Positions 27,608 through 35,521 of a stretch of DNA of 37,315 nucleotides are shown here, one piece after another; within the stretch, counting starts at the first letter, position 1, and the number at the start of each line of letters is the position of its first letter. The DNA comes from Pseudomonadota bacterium (GTDB lineage: Bacteria > Myxococcota_A > UBA9160 > UBA4427). The translations under genes and the position numbers were made by a program. The DNA lies in NCBI GenBank assembly GCA_027295775.1, contig JAPUKG010000009.1, positions 1 through 37,315 on the forward strand, written 5' to 3'. The notes under the pieces are model-generated. The model was not told where the DNA came from. It did no database searches and saw nothing but the letters and a program-made list of their open reading frames with translations.

Positions 27608-28948
27608 TTGATCGTCGAATGCGAAAAGTGCTCGGTCCGTTTCCAGCTGGACGAGAGCCGCGTGCCCGCGGAGGGCATCCGGGTGCGCTGCTCCCGCTGC
27701 AAGCACTCCTTCTTCCTGCGCCGGCCCGGTGCCAGCCCCGCCGAAGAAGCGGATGCCCTGGCCCAGGAGGCGCTCGAGCCCGGGGCCGGTACGCCCGCGT
27801 CTACCGAGGACCTCGCAGCCGAGGAGAACGCCGATGACACCCGCGAGGAGAGCGCCAACGACGGCGAGGAGAGCGACTGGGAGTTCAACGACGCGGTCCC
27901 CGGATCGAACGAGCTCGACCCCGATGATGACGCGGACCCGGCGACCGACACCGTCGAGAACGACGCGGTCGCCCTCGCCTCCGAAGACGACGGCGCCGGC
28001 GACTCGAGCCTGGAGGTCACCAGCTTCGGCCGCGTCGACGACTTCTCCTCGCTGGCCGAGGCCGATGCCGAGACCGGACTCGGAGGCGCGGAGGCTTCGC
28101 CCTCCATCGGGGAGTCCGCGCAGACCGATGCGATCGACCCGCTCCTGGAGGGCGGCAGGGAAGAGCTGGGCGAGCCTGAGAACTGGGACTTCTTCGGCGA
28201 TGAGGATCCGCCCGCCCCCGAGGCGATGTCCATCGCCGCGCCCAGCGACCGACCCGCTGAGAGCGCGCTCCACTCGTCCGGTCCAGTCCTGCAGGCGGCC
28301 GCCTTGGACACCCGCGAGGAGGGCCCCGGCCTCCGGGCGCTGCGCAGCGCGGGTCGCGCCGCGGGCTGGTTCGTCGCTCTGTCGCTCCTGGCGCTGGGCC
28401 TGGTACGCGGCCTCGTTCCCGGCTTCCACCCCGTCACGCGCCCGGAGCCCGCGGTCGCATCCGCGGGCTGGGTCGCCCGCGGCGTCGAGAGTCACTGGGT
28501 CGAGACGGCGCGCTCGGGGACGCTCCTGTCGGTGACCGGAGAGCTTCGCAACCGCGACGGCGGTTCGCTGGACCGGGCGGGCCCCTGGCAGGCGGCGCTC
28601 CTGGGACCCGTGGGCCGGCCCCTCGAGCTGGATTCCGGGCGCGCCCGCCTGGGCGTTCCCCTGTCCGAGCCCGCGCTCCGCGAGCTGCCACCCGAGGCCC
28701 TGCGCGGATCCCTGGCCCGCGCCGCGGACAAGCTGGCTACCACCTCCGTGGAGCGCGGGGGCTCGCTGCGCTTCCAGGCGATCTTCGAGCGGGTGCCCGC
28801 CGAGGCCAAACGCCTGCGGGTGGAGCGGGCCGAGGCGCGGCCCTTCGAGTCCTTCGAGCCCAGCCTCGAGGCGCCCGAGCCGACAGCCGTGCCGGTCGGC
28901 GTGGTCGAGGCGATTCCGCTCCAGCCGTTTGCCGCGGAGACGCCCTAG
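27608..28948 (+). CDS. MJ0042-type zinc-ribbon protein with acidic linker, TM helix and DUF3426-like C-terminal domain
   Basis: CEKC...VRCSRC N-terminus; D/E-rich linker; TM AAGWFVALSLLALGLV; V.GEL.N. Confidence 0.8.
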   Translation: MIVECEKCSVRFQLDESRVPAEGIRVRCSRCKHSFFLRRPGASPAEEADALAQEALEPGAGTPASTEDLAAEENADDTREESANDGEESDWEFNDAVPGSNELDPDDDADPATDTVENDAVALASEDDGAGDSSLEVTSFGRVDDFSSLAEADAETGLGGAEASPSIGESAQTDAIDPLLEGGREELGEPENWDFFGDEDPPAPEAMSIAAPSDRPAESALHSSGPVLQAAALDTREEGPGLRALRSAGRAAGWFVALSLLALGLVRGLVPGFHPVTRPEPAVASAGWVARGVESHWVETARSGTLLSVTGELRNRDGGSLDRAGPWQAALLGPVGRPLELDSGRARLGVPLSEPALRELPPEALRGSLARAADKLATTSVERGGSLRFQAIFERVPAEAKRLRVERAEARPFESFEPSLEAPEPTAVPVGVVEAIPLQPFAAETP

Positions 28949-28958
28949 CCCGACTCTC

Positions 28959-29156
28959 CTAGCTCGGAGGCTTGCCGTCCGTGACCTCCTCCTTCTCGGG
29001 GGTCACGTCGATCTCGTCCTTGCCGCTGATGCCGGCCTTGAAGTTCTTGATCGCCTTGCCGATGCCCGAACCGATCTCGGGGAGTCGTCGCGCGCCGAAC
29101 AGCAGTACGACGATGGCCAGGATGATGATGAGCTCCCAGGCGCCCAGTCCGAACAT
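28959..29156 (-). CDS. tatA: Twin-arginine translocase TatA/TatE subunit (65 aa)
   Basis: MFGLGAWELIIILAIVVLLFGARRLPEIGSGIGKAIKNFK. Confidence 0.96.
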   Translation of the reverse strand: MFGLGAWELIIILAIVVLLFGARRLPEIGSGIGKAIKNFKAGISGKDEIDVTPEKEEVTDGKPPS

Positions 29157-29163
29157 ACCGAAG

Positions 29164-29192
29164 AGGGTGACGCCAACCGGGGTCGGGGTCAA
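29164..29192 (-). promoter_or_regulatory. Sigma70-like promoter TTGACC-17-CACCCT, 7 nt before the tatA ATG
   Basis: Exact 17-bp spacer; no SD. Confidence 0.5.
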
Positions 29193-29246
29193 CCACCCCT
29201 GAGACGACACTTTCCAGTCGGGGGCCGGCCTCGTAGAATGCGCGCC

Positions 29247-30593
29247 GTGCCGATCTTCAAGGCCTACGACATTCGCGGTCTGGTCCCCGAGGAGCTCGAC
29301 GCCGACACGGCCTACGGGATCGGTCGTGCCACCGCTCACTTCCTCGGTGCTCCGGAGATCGCCGTCGGACGGGACGCCCGCGAGAGCTCGCCGGAGCTCA
29401 GCGAGGCGGTGATACAGGGCATCATCGACGAGGGCGTCGACGTCGTTGATCTGGGGCTCGTGTCGACGCCCATGCTCTACTACGCCGTCGATCGCCTGGG
29501 CAGCGGGGGCGGGATCATGGTGACCGCCTCGCACAATCCCGCCGCCTACAACGGATTCAAGCTCTGTCGCCAGCACGCGATTCCGGTGGGGGAGGCCAGC
29601 GGGCTGCGCGAGATCGAGGCGCTCGTCGACCAGCGGCGGAGTGCGGCTCCCGCGGCCGCGCCGGGACGGCGCCGGAGCGAGGACGCGTCGGTCGGATACG
29701 CCGAGCACGTGCTCGGGGTCGGCAGCCAGCGGCCCGCGCTGCACGTCGCCATCGACTGCGGCAACGGCATGGCCTCGGTGGGACTCGAGCCGCTGCTCGA
29801 GATGCTGCCCCTGCGCGTGGAGCGCCTCTACTTCGAGCCCGACGGCCGCTTTCCCAACCACCAGGCTGACCCGCTCGAGCTCGAGAACCTGGTGGATCTG
29901 CAGGCGGCAGTGCGCAGCAGCGGCGCCGACTTCGGCGTGGCCTTCGACGGTGATGGGGATCGTGCCATCTTCGTGGACGAGTCCGGGGAGCCGATCTCGT
30001 CGGATCTCGTCACCGCGGTTCTCGCCCGCCGACAGCTCGCGAGCCGGCCCGGCTCCCTGGTGCTCTACGACCTTCGTTCGAGCCGAGCGGTGGCCGAGGA
30101 GATCGAATCGGCCGGTGGACGTGCGGTGATGTGCCGAGTGGGTCACTCCTTCGTGAAGGCGCAGATGCGCGAGTGCGGTGCGATCTTCGCGGGCGAGCTG
30201 TCCGGCCACTTCTACTTCCGCTTCTCGGATACGCTCGTGGCGGACGATGGCTGCGCTGCCCTGGTCGCCATGCTCGACGTGCTGGGCACCGAGCGCCGGC
30301 CTCTCTCGGAGATCATCGCACCGCTGCGGCGCTACGCGGCGAGCGGCGAGATCAACTCGCGAGTCGCCGATGTGGACCGGGTGCTGGAGCAGATCGAGGC
30401 CGAGCACGGTCGTGCCGGGGAGGTCTCGAAGCTGGACGGGCTGCTGGTCCGCTACGACGACTGGTGGTTCAACCTCCGGCCGTCCAACACGGAGCCCGTG
30501 CTGCGACTCAACCTGGAGGCGGAGAGCCTGGATCGCATGACCCGGGAGCGGGACCGGCTTCTGCTGCGCATCCAGGAGCTGGCGGGCTCCTAG
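29247..30593 (+). CDS. Phosphomannomutase/phosphoglucomutase
   Basis: IFKAYDIRG, TASHNP, FDGDGDR, GELSGH, RPSNTEP; GTG 29247 preceded by TAGAAT-N7. Confidence 0.96.
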   Translation: MPIFKAYDIRGLVPEELDADTAYGIGRATAHFLGAPEIAVGRDARESSPELSEAVIQGIIDEGVDVVDLGLVSTPMLYYAVDRLGSGGGIMVTASHNPAAYNGFKLCRQHAIPVGEASGLREIEALVDQRRSAAPAAAPGRRRSEDASVGYAEHVLGVGSQRPALHVAIDCGNGMASVGLEPLLEMLPLRVERLYFEPDGRFPNHQADPLELENLVDLQAAVRSSGADFGVAFDGDGDRAIFVDESGEPISSDLVTAVLARRQLASRPGSLVLYDLRSSRAVAEEIESAGGRAVMCRVGHSFVKAQMRECGAIFAGELSGHFYFRFSDTLVADDGCAALVAMLDVLGTERRPLSEIIAPLRRYAASGEINSRVADVDRVLEQIEAEHGRAGEVSKLDGLLVRYDDWWFNLRPSNTEPVLRLNLEAESLDRMTRERDRLLLRIQELAGS

Positions 30594-31657
30594 CCCTCCG
30601 GCGCCAGCGACATCCCGCCGGCCAGCTCCCTCTCGATCACGCGCACGAAGTCCCCGATGGGCTTGGCGCCCGACAGCCGGATTCCGTTCACGAAGAACGC
30701 CGGCGTGCTGCGGATGCCCAGGGCGTTGGCTTCGTCGACATCGGTCTGGACCCGCGCCTTCACCTCGGGATCTGCGACGCACTCGTCGTAGGCCGCCAGG
30801 TCGAGGCCCAGACCCTCCGCATAGCCGCGCAGGGCGTCTGCGCCGAGGGCGCGTTGGTTGGCGAAGAGCTGCTCGTGGAAGTCCCAGAAGCGACCCTGCT
30901 GCTCGGCGCACGCCGCAGCTTCGGCCGCGCCCCGGGCCTGCGGGTGGATCGAGTCGAGCGGCAGGTGCCGGAAGACCAGGCGAACCCGGTCGGGATACCG
31001 CTCCAACACCTCCTGCACCGTGGGCTCGGCGCGGCTGCAGTACGGGCACTGGTAGTCGCTGAACTCGATGATCGTCACCGGCGCACCCTGGGGACCCCTG
31101 GACGGACCCGTGGCCGCGACCTCGGTGCGCGGCGGCTCGAGCACGATGCGCACGGACGCGCTGTCGCGGAGCGCGACGAGCGCCTCGGCGGCGCGCTCGC
31201 TCTCCAGGTAGCTGCGGATCTGGGGCCCCCGCTGCTCGAGGGCGTCCCCGGGTCGGAATCGGGCTCGGTGGCGCTCGAAGAACGCCCCGATGTCCTCGTC
31301 GGTCACCGGGTCGAAGGCGTCGACCTTCTGCTGGAGGAGATCCTCCCGGCTGATCCCCAAGCGGGCTGCCTCGGCTTCGGCTGCGCGCCGGGTCACGAGC
31401 TCTTCGAGGGCGCTGGACCGCAGCTCGTACTGCTCGGCATCCGACTTGGAGATGACCTCGCGCTCGAAGAGCTCGTCGCGGATCCACTCGTCGAGCTCGG
31501 CCTGGGTGACGGGGGCGTCCGCGATCCAGGCGACGACGGCCGAGTCGGCCGTCTCGTCGCCCGTTGCGGCGGCGGATTCGGGGCCGGCCGGAGCGCACGA
31601 GAGGCTGGCGGTGCACAGCCAGGCCAGCGCCGGCAGAGCGAGGAGGTTCCGGTTCAT
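30590..31657 (-). CDS. Exported DsbA/thioredoxin-family protein with helical N-terminal domain (possible lipoprotein)
   Basis: EFSDYQCPYC, STPAFFVNG, signal peptide ending SLSC. Confidence 0.9.
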   Translation of the reverse strand: MNRNLLALPALAWLCTASLSCAPAGPESAAATGDETADSAVVAWIADAPVTQAELDEWIRDELFEREVISKSDAEQYELRSSALEELVTRRAAEAEAARLGISREDLLQQKVDAFDPVTDEDIGAFFERHRARFRPGDALEQRGPQIRSYLESERAAEALVALRDSASVRIVLEPPRTEVAATGPSRGPQGAPVTIIEFSDYQCPYCSRAEPTVQEVLERYPDRVRLVFRHLPLDSIHPQARGAAEAAACAEQQGRFWDFHEQLFANQRALGADALRGYAEGLGLDLAAYDECVADPEVKARVQTDVDEANALGIRSTPAFFVNGIRLSGAKPIGDFVRVIERELAGGMSLAPEG

Positions 31658-31744
31658 GTGGGGCCCCCCGTGAACGAGCCGGTAGTATAGGCGTCGTCGT
31701 CGTCGCCGCTCTCGCCTGGAGCGAGGAGGTTCGCCATTCCGAAC

Positions 31745-32590
31745 GTGTCCGCCGCTCCCGCCACGCCCGATGTTTCCGAGGCGGGGGGATCGTCCGTCGC
31801 CGCCGCCGTCTCGGGCTTTCGACTCCCGTTGGAGGGCTTCGGCGTGTTGCGGCGCAACCGAAGCTTGTGGGCGCTGGCCGCAGCGCCGGTGGGTCTATCG
31901 CTGGTGTCGGTCGCCGTGGCTCTCGGCCTGGTGATCGAGTACGCCACCCCGATCCACGGCTTCGTCTCGGGATGGATCCCCGTGCTCGAGGCCGGCTCGT
32001 GGTACGAGTGGCTGTGGGTGGGCCCGGCGCGGGTCGTGCTTGCGCTGCTCGGCACCCTGCTCTTTCTGGCGGCGGCCGGCCTGTCGCTCGTGCTTGGCTT
32101 CCTCGTGGCCAAGCTGCTGTCCTCGCCGATCCTGGACACCCTGTCCGAGCGCGTGGAGCGGATCGTGTCGGGGCAGCCCGTCGAAGCGGGAACCGGGTTG
32201 CGGGGCGTCCTTCGCGACGCCGGCGCGTCGATGTGGAACGAGCTGCGCCGCCTGCTCTTCTTCGTGGGCGTGTGGGCGGCGATCTTCGCGCTGGCTGCGG
32301 TGGTTCCCGGCGCGCAGCTCCTGGCCGCGCCGGCCATGATCGGGTTCACGATCCTCTTCCTGCCGCTGGACTACGCGGGCTACGCTCTCGACCGGCGCCG
32401 GGTCCCGTTTCGCAGCCGGCGCGTCTGGGTCGTCGGCAACCTTCCGCGCATGCTCGGGTTCGGCTCGTCGGCCTTCGTCACCGCGCTGGTGCCCGGCCTC
32501 AATTTTCTGCTGATCCCGATCCTCGTCGCCGCCGGCACACTGCTCGCCCTGCGCCACCCACCGGCTTCAGAGGCCGAGCGCGTCGCGTAG
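31745..32590 (+). CDS. EI24/CysZ-like membrane protein
   Basis: Multi-TM; SP.LD.LSERVE, LDY...L.RR, GFG, P.LN. Confidence 0.85.
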   Translation: MSAAPATPDVSEAGGSSVAAAVSGFRLPLEGFGVLRRNRSLWALAAAPVGLSLVSVAVALGLVIEYATPIHGFVSGWIPVLEAGSWYEWLWVGPARVVLALLGTLLFLAAAGLSLVLGFLVAKLLSSPILDTLSERVERIVSGQPVEAGTGLRGVLRDAGASMWNELRRLLFFVGVWAAIFALAAVVPGAQLLAAPAMIGFTILFLPLDYAGYALDRRRVPFRSRRVWVVGNLPRMLGFGSSAFVTALVPGLNFLLIPILVAAGTLLALRHPPASEAERVA

Positions 32591-33355
32591 GTGGATCCAC
32601 ATCGCCTTCAGCGCCACGCCCGGTAGCTGCTGGTGGCTGCCGTCGAACCACTCGATCTTCTTGGGCTCCTGCGCCGCCTGGTAGAGCGCCTCGGTCGCCG
32701 CCCGTGGCACCGTCTCGTCCCGGGTCGCGTTGACGAACAGGATCGGCCGCGGTGACACGGCGCCGACGAAGCGACACGGGTCGATCGCGTCCGGGCCGAA
32801 GCCCCCGCCCGCCAGGGCCAGGGCGGCGGCGCAAGGCCGCGGATCGACGGCGCAGAATACGGCGCCGAGCATGGCGCCGAGGCTGAAGCCGCCGTACGCG
32901 ATGCGCTCGCCGTCGATCTCGGGCAGGGCGGCGAGCGCGTCCACGGTGCGACGCAGGTCGATGATCGACTGTCGGGCGAACTCGATGCGCAGCGTTTCGC
33001 TGGACGCGTGGTTCGGGGCGGCCAGAACTGCGCTGAACTTCGCGTTGCTGCGCTCGCCGTGCAGGGGGAAGTCGATGGTGGCCACCGCCGCACCGCCGCG
33101 CACCCACGGCCCCCCCGCATCGAGGTACGGCGACTCCATGGAGCCGCCCGCGCCATGCTGGAGGAGCACCAGCGGGTGCGGCGCGCCGGTCTCGGAGGCG
33201 GGGAGAAGCAGTCGCCCAGGAACGCGGTCGCCGCGGGAGGTCAGCTCGAAGCGCACGCAGCGCGCACCGGCGAAGGCCTCTGGCGGCGCGGTCTCGCGCC
33301 GCTGGAATGCCAGCGGCTCGGCTGCGTCGTGATCGAAGAGAGCGTGCTCCGTCAC
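32567..33355 (-). CDS. Alpha/beta hydrolase
   Basis: HGAGG, GFSLG nucleophile elbow, RDETV, GSH triad residues. Confidence 0.88.
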   Translation of the reverse strand: MTEHALFDHDAAEPLAFQRRETAPPEAFAGARCVRFELTSRGDRVPGRLLLPASETGAPHPLVLLQHGAGGSMESPYLDAGGPWVRGGAAVATIDFPLHGERSNAKFSAVLAAPNHASSETLRIEFARQSIIDLRRTVDALAALPEIDGERIAYGGFSLGAMLGAVFCAVDPRPCAAALALAGGGFGPDAIDPCRFVGAVSPRPILFVNATRDETVPRAATEALYQAAQEPKKIEWFDGSHQQLPGVALKAMWIHLRDALGL

Positions 33356-33390
33356 GGTGACGGGAGTCTATCGCGGGACGGCAGGTGCTC

Positions 33391-33966
33391 CTAGTGAGCC
33401 AGGAGGATCCGCCGGGCGCGGTAGAGGTTCGACTTCACCGCGTCCTCGGACTTGGAGAGTGTCTTCGCGATCTCGCTGATCGGACGGTGCTCCAGGTGGT
33501 GCATGCGGAACAGGGTGCGTTGCTCTTGGGTGAGCTTGGTGCGCGCCGTCGTTTCCATCTGGGCCAGCCGTTCCTTGACCTCGTAGGCCTCGAGGGGAGT
33601 GGGATCCGGGGCCGCCGCAGTGGCTGCGGGGCCCCGGTCCGGATCGTCCTCCGTCAGCGGCACAGTGACGTGGCGCTTCTTCTTGAAGCGCGCCGCAATG
33701 GTCCGGCGCGTCAGGCCGAACACCCAGGCGGCGAAGGGCGCGTCTCCCCGAAACGACCCGATCGAGGAGAACACGTTGATGAAGGCCTCCTGAACCGTCT
33801 CTTCGGTGTCGGCGCGGTTGTTCAGGCGCTTCTCGACGAAGCGGTAGATACGGGGGAAGTAGCGCTCGTAGACGATCTCGAAGGCCGCCTCGTCGCCCTC
33901 ACACATCTGCTTGACGAGGACTTCGTCGGGCAGGCGGGCCACGCTATCGAGATCAGGTCGAGCCAA
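33391..33966 (-). CDS. ECF-type RNA polymerase sigma factor
   Basis: GDEAAF, TEETVQEAF, SFRGDAPFAAW, SEIA..L..SE.AVKSNLYRAR; start TTG 33966 or ATG 34029. Confidence 0.93.
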   Translation of the reverse strand: MARPDLDSVARLPDEVLVKQMCEGDEAAFEIVYERYFPRIYRFVEKRLNNRADTEETVQEAFINVFSSIGSFRGDAPFAAWVFGLTRRTIAARFKKKRHVTVPLTEDDPDRGPAATAAAPDPTPLEAYEVKERLAQMETTARTKLTQEQRTLFRMHHLEHRPISEIAKTLSKSEDAVKSNLYRARRILLAH

Positions 33967-34104
33967 GGAGAGGCACCCTTCTTCCCAGGTCCAATTCCAT
34001 CCTCGCCCGTGGCCTTTCGGCTCGGGCATTCCCCATAGGGAGATGTGGCCCGGGGAGGGTTGCGGGTGTCAAAATTTGTCAGGGGTGACGGAAACCGTCA
34101 GGGA

Positions 34105-34126
34105 CGAGATCCCCGTGGGGATCTCG
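34105..34126 (-). terminator. 10-bp inverted repeat immediately after the ParA-CBM operon
   Basis: cgagatcccc-gt-ggggatctcg; no U-tract. Confidence 0.5.
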
Positions 34127-34128
34127 CG

Positions 34129-34710
34129 CTAGGATTCGAAATCGCGGCGCTCCTCGGCGGTGAGGTGGAGATCCGCCTCGCTGAGGCCGCTCCGAAACAC
34201 CGCGGGCTCGGGGGTGTGCCGTCCCAAGCCCGTGGCCGCTCGAGCGGTTGCCCCGACCGACGGGGACGCCGCCTCGATCCAAAATCCGTCCTGGGCGCCA
34301 TTGTGGGCCTCGCGGTAGCACGCGAGCACCGGGGCCTGGGCGCCCAGGCTGGCCGCGGCGCTCCGGGTCTCCGGGTCGAAGTCGGGGCAGAGGAGCACGG
34401 CGCGGACCGGGGCGTCTGGATCCAGCCGTAGCTCGGGTCCGATCTGGGCCCAGTCGGCGAGCCGGGCCGACACCCAGCTGCACAGGGCCAAGGCCCGGGT
34501 CAGGAGTGTCGGGTCGTCACCGGCCTCGCCGATCAGGATCAGGGTCACCTGGCCGCGGTCATCCACCGCCACCAGATCCGCGGTGGAGCGCTCGCCCATC
34601 ACGTCTTCGGCAATCACCCGCAGCGAGGGGCCGAAGTCTCGAATTCGGTCGCGCACCGACCTGCGAAGCGCGTCGCGGGAATCTCGGGGCAGCGACCCTC
34701 GCTCAGACAA
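34129..34710 (-). CDS. Hypothetical protein with degenerate NucS/EndoMS-like PD-(D/E)XK fold
   Basis: LRVIAE..ADLVAVDDRGQVTLILI..WV..VRAVLLCPDF pattern; ExK absent; 8-bp overlap with the upstream gene. Confidence 0.65.
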   Translation of the reverse strand: MSERGSLPRDSRDALRRSVRDRIRDFGPSLRVIAEDVMGERSTADLVAVDDRGQVTLILIGEAGDDPTLLTRALALCSWVSARLADWAQIGPELRLDPDAPVRAVLLCPDFDPETRSAAASLGAQAPVLACYREAHNGAQDGFWIEAASPSVGATARAATGLGRHTPEPAVFRSGLSEADLHLTAEERRDFES

Positions 34711-35500
34711 CGGCCATCTCCCGGGCGTCGTCGAGCACCAGGCGCGCGACGTCGCGCAGGGCTCGGGCCGCGGGGGACTGGGGATGGGCGAGCCCGATGG
34801 GCCGGCGCGCCACGATCGCCCGGTACACGTCCAGATCGTCCACGAGCAGACCGTAGCTCGCCAGCTCGCGTCCGAGGTGGCGCTCTGTCGAGCGAGTCAA
34901 CCGGGCGAAGGCCTGCTCGGCGTCCGCCAGCCGCCGCGCGCCGTGAACCGTGATGCCGACCCGGGCACACTCGTTGGCGCCGAGGATGAGCTTGGCGATT
35001 CCGTAGGTCTCCAGCAGCTCCCGGGCGTCGCCCGACGTGAAGAGCAGGCACCAGCGCAGCAGGCTCGAGCTCTCGGCCAGGCCCGCCAACCAGGGCGGCG
35101 GGATGCGCACGAAGACCACGCCACCTTCCGGTGCTTCGGCGGCCCGATCGACCGCCACGTCGATGGCGTGGCGGTGAAGCTCCCCGAGTCCGCGGGCGTC
35201 CGAGTGCACGACCTCGACACCCACCGGACCGACCCCCGACACGGGGAGCAGTGCCTCGTCTCCACCGGATTTCGGGGCCAGGACCAAGGCGCGCGCGCCC
35301 AGCCGGGCGATCTCCACCGCCAGGTTCCAGGTCAGCGCCGAGCGGACGACGTCGCTCTCGCCGATCGGGACGCCGACCAGGGGAAGGGCGGCGGGCCGCC
35401 GAGCCGGCGTCGGGCCCGCGTGTACCGGTGGCGTCCGGGCAGCCTTGGGCTCAGCCTCCGGCAGGAGGTAGTGGAGGACGTCGGCCAGGTCGCGGGGCAA
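34703..35500 (-). CDS. FlhG/FleN/MinD-like protein lacking Walker A (pseudo-ATPase)
   Basis: NLAVEIARLG; LLETYGIAK; AEQAFARL...ERHLG; V.RAI..RRPI..AHPQSPAARAL. Confidence 0.75.
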   Translation of the reverse strand: MPRDLADVLHYLLPEAEPKAARTPPVHAGPTPARRPAALPLVGVPIGESDVVRSALTWNLAVEIARLGARALVLAPKSGGDEALLPVSGVGPVGVEVVHSDARGLGELHRHAIDVAVDRAAEAPEGGVVFVRIPPPWLAGLAESSSLLRWCLLFTSGDARELLETYGIAKLILGANECARVGITVHGARRLADAEQAFARLTRSTERHLGRELASYGLLVDDLDVYRAIVARRPIGLAHPQSPAARALRDVARLVLDDAREMAVV

Positions 35501-35521
35501 TTCGCTAGCGGGCCTCCAGTG

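Noticed and set aside
28959-31616. 885-aa ORF ending in TatA
   Set aside because: It is a shadow frame antisense to PMM/PGM and off-frame to the DsbA-like gene. Only the last 65 codons look like a real protein.
34129-34710. Active restriction or defence nuclease
   Set aside because: Catalytic ExK is missing and there is no methylase or defence context
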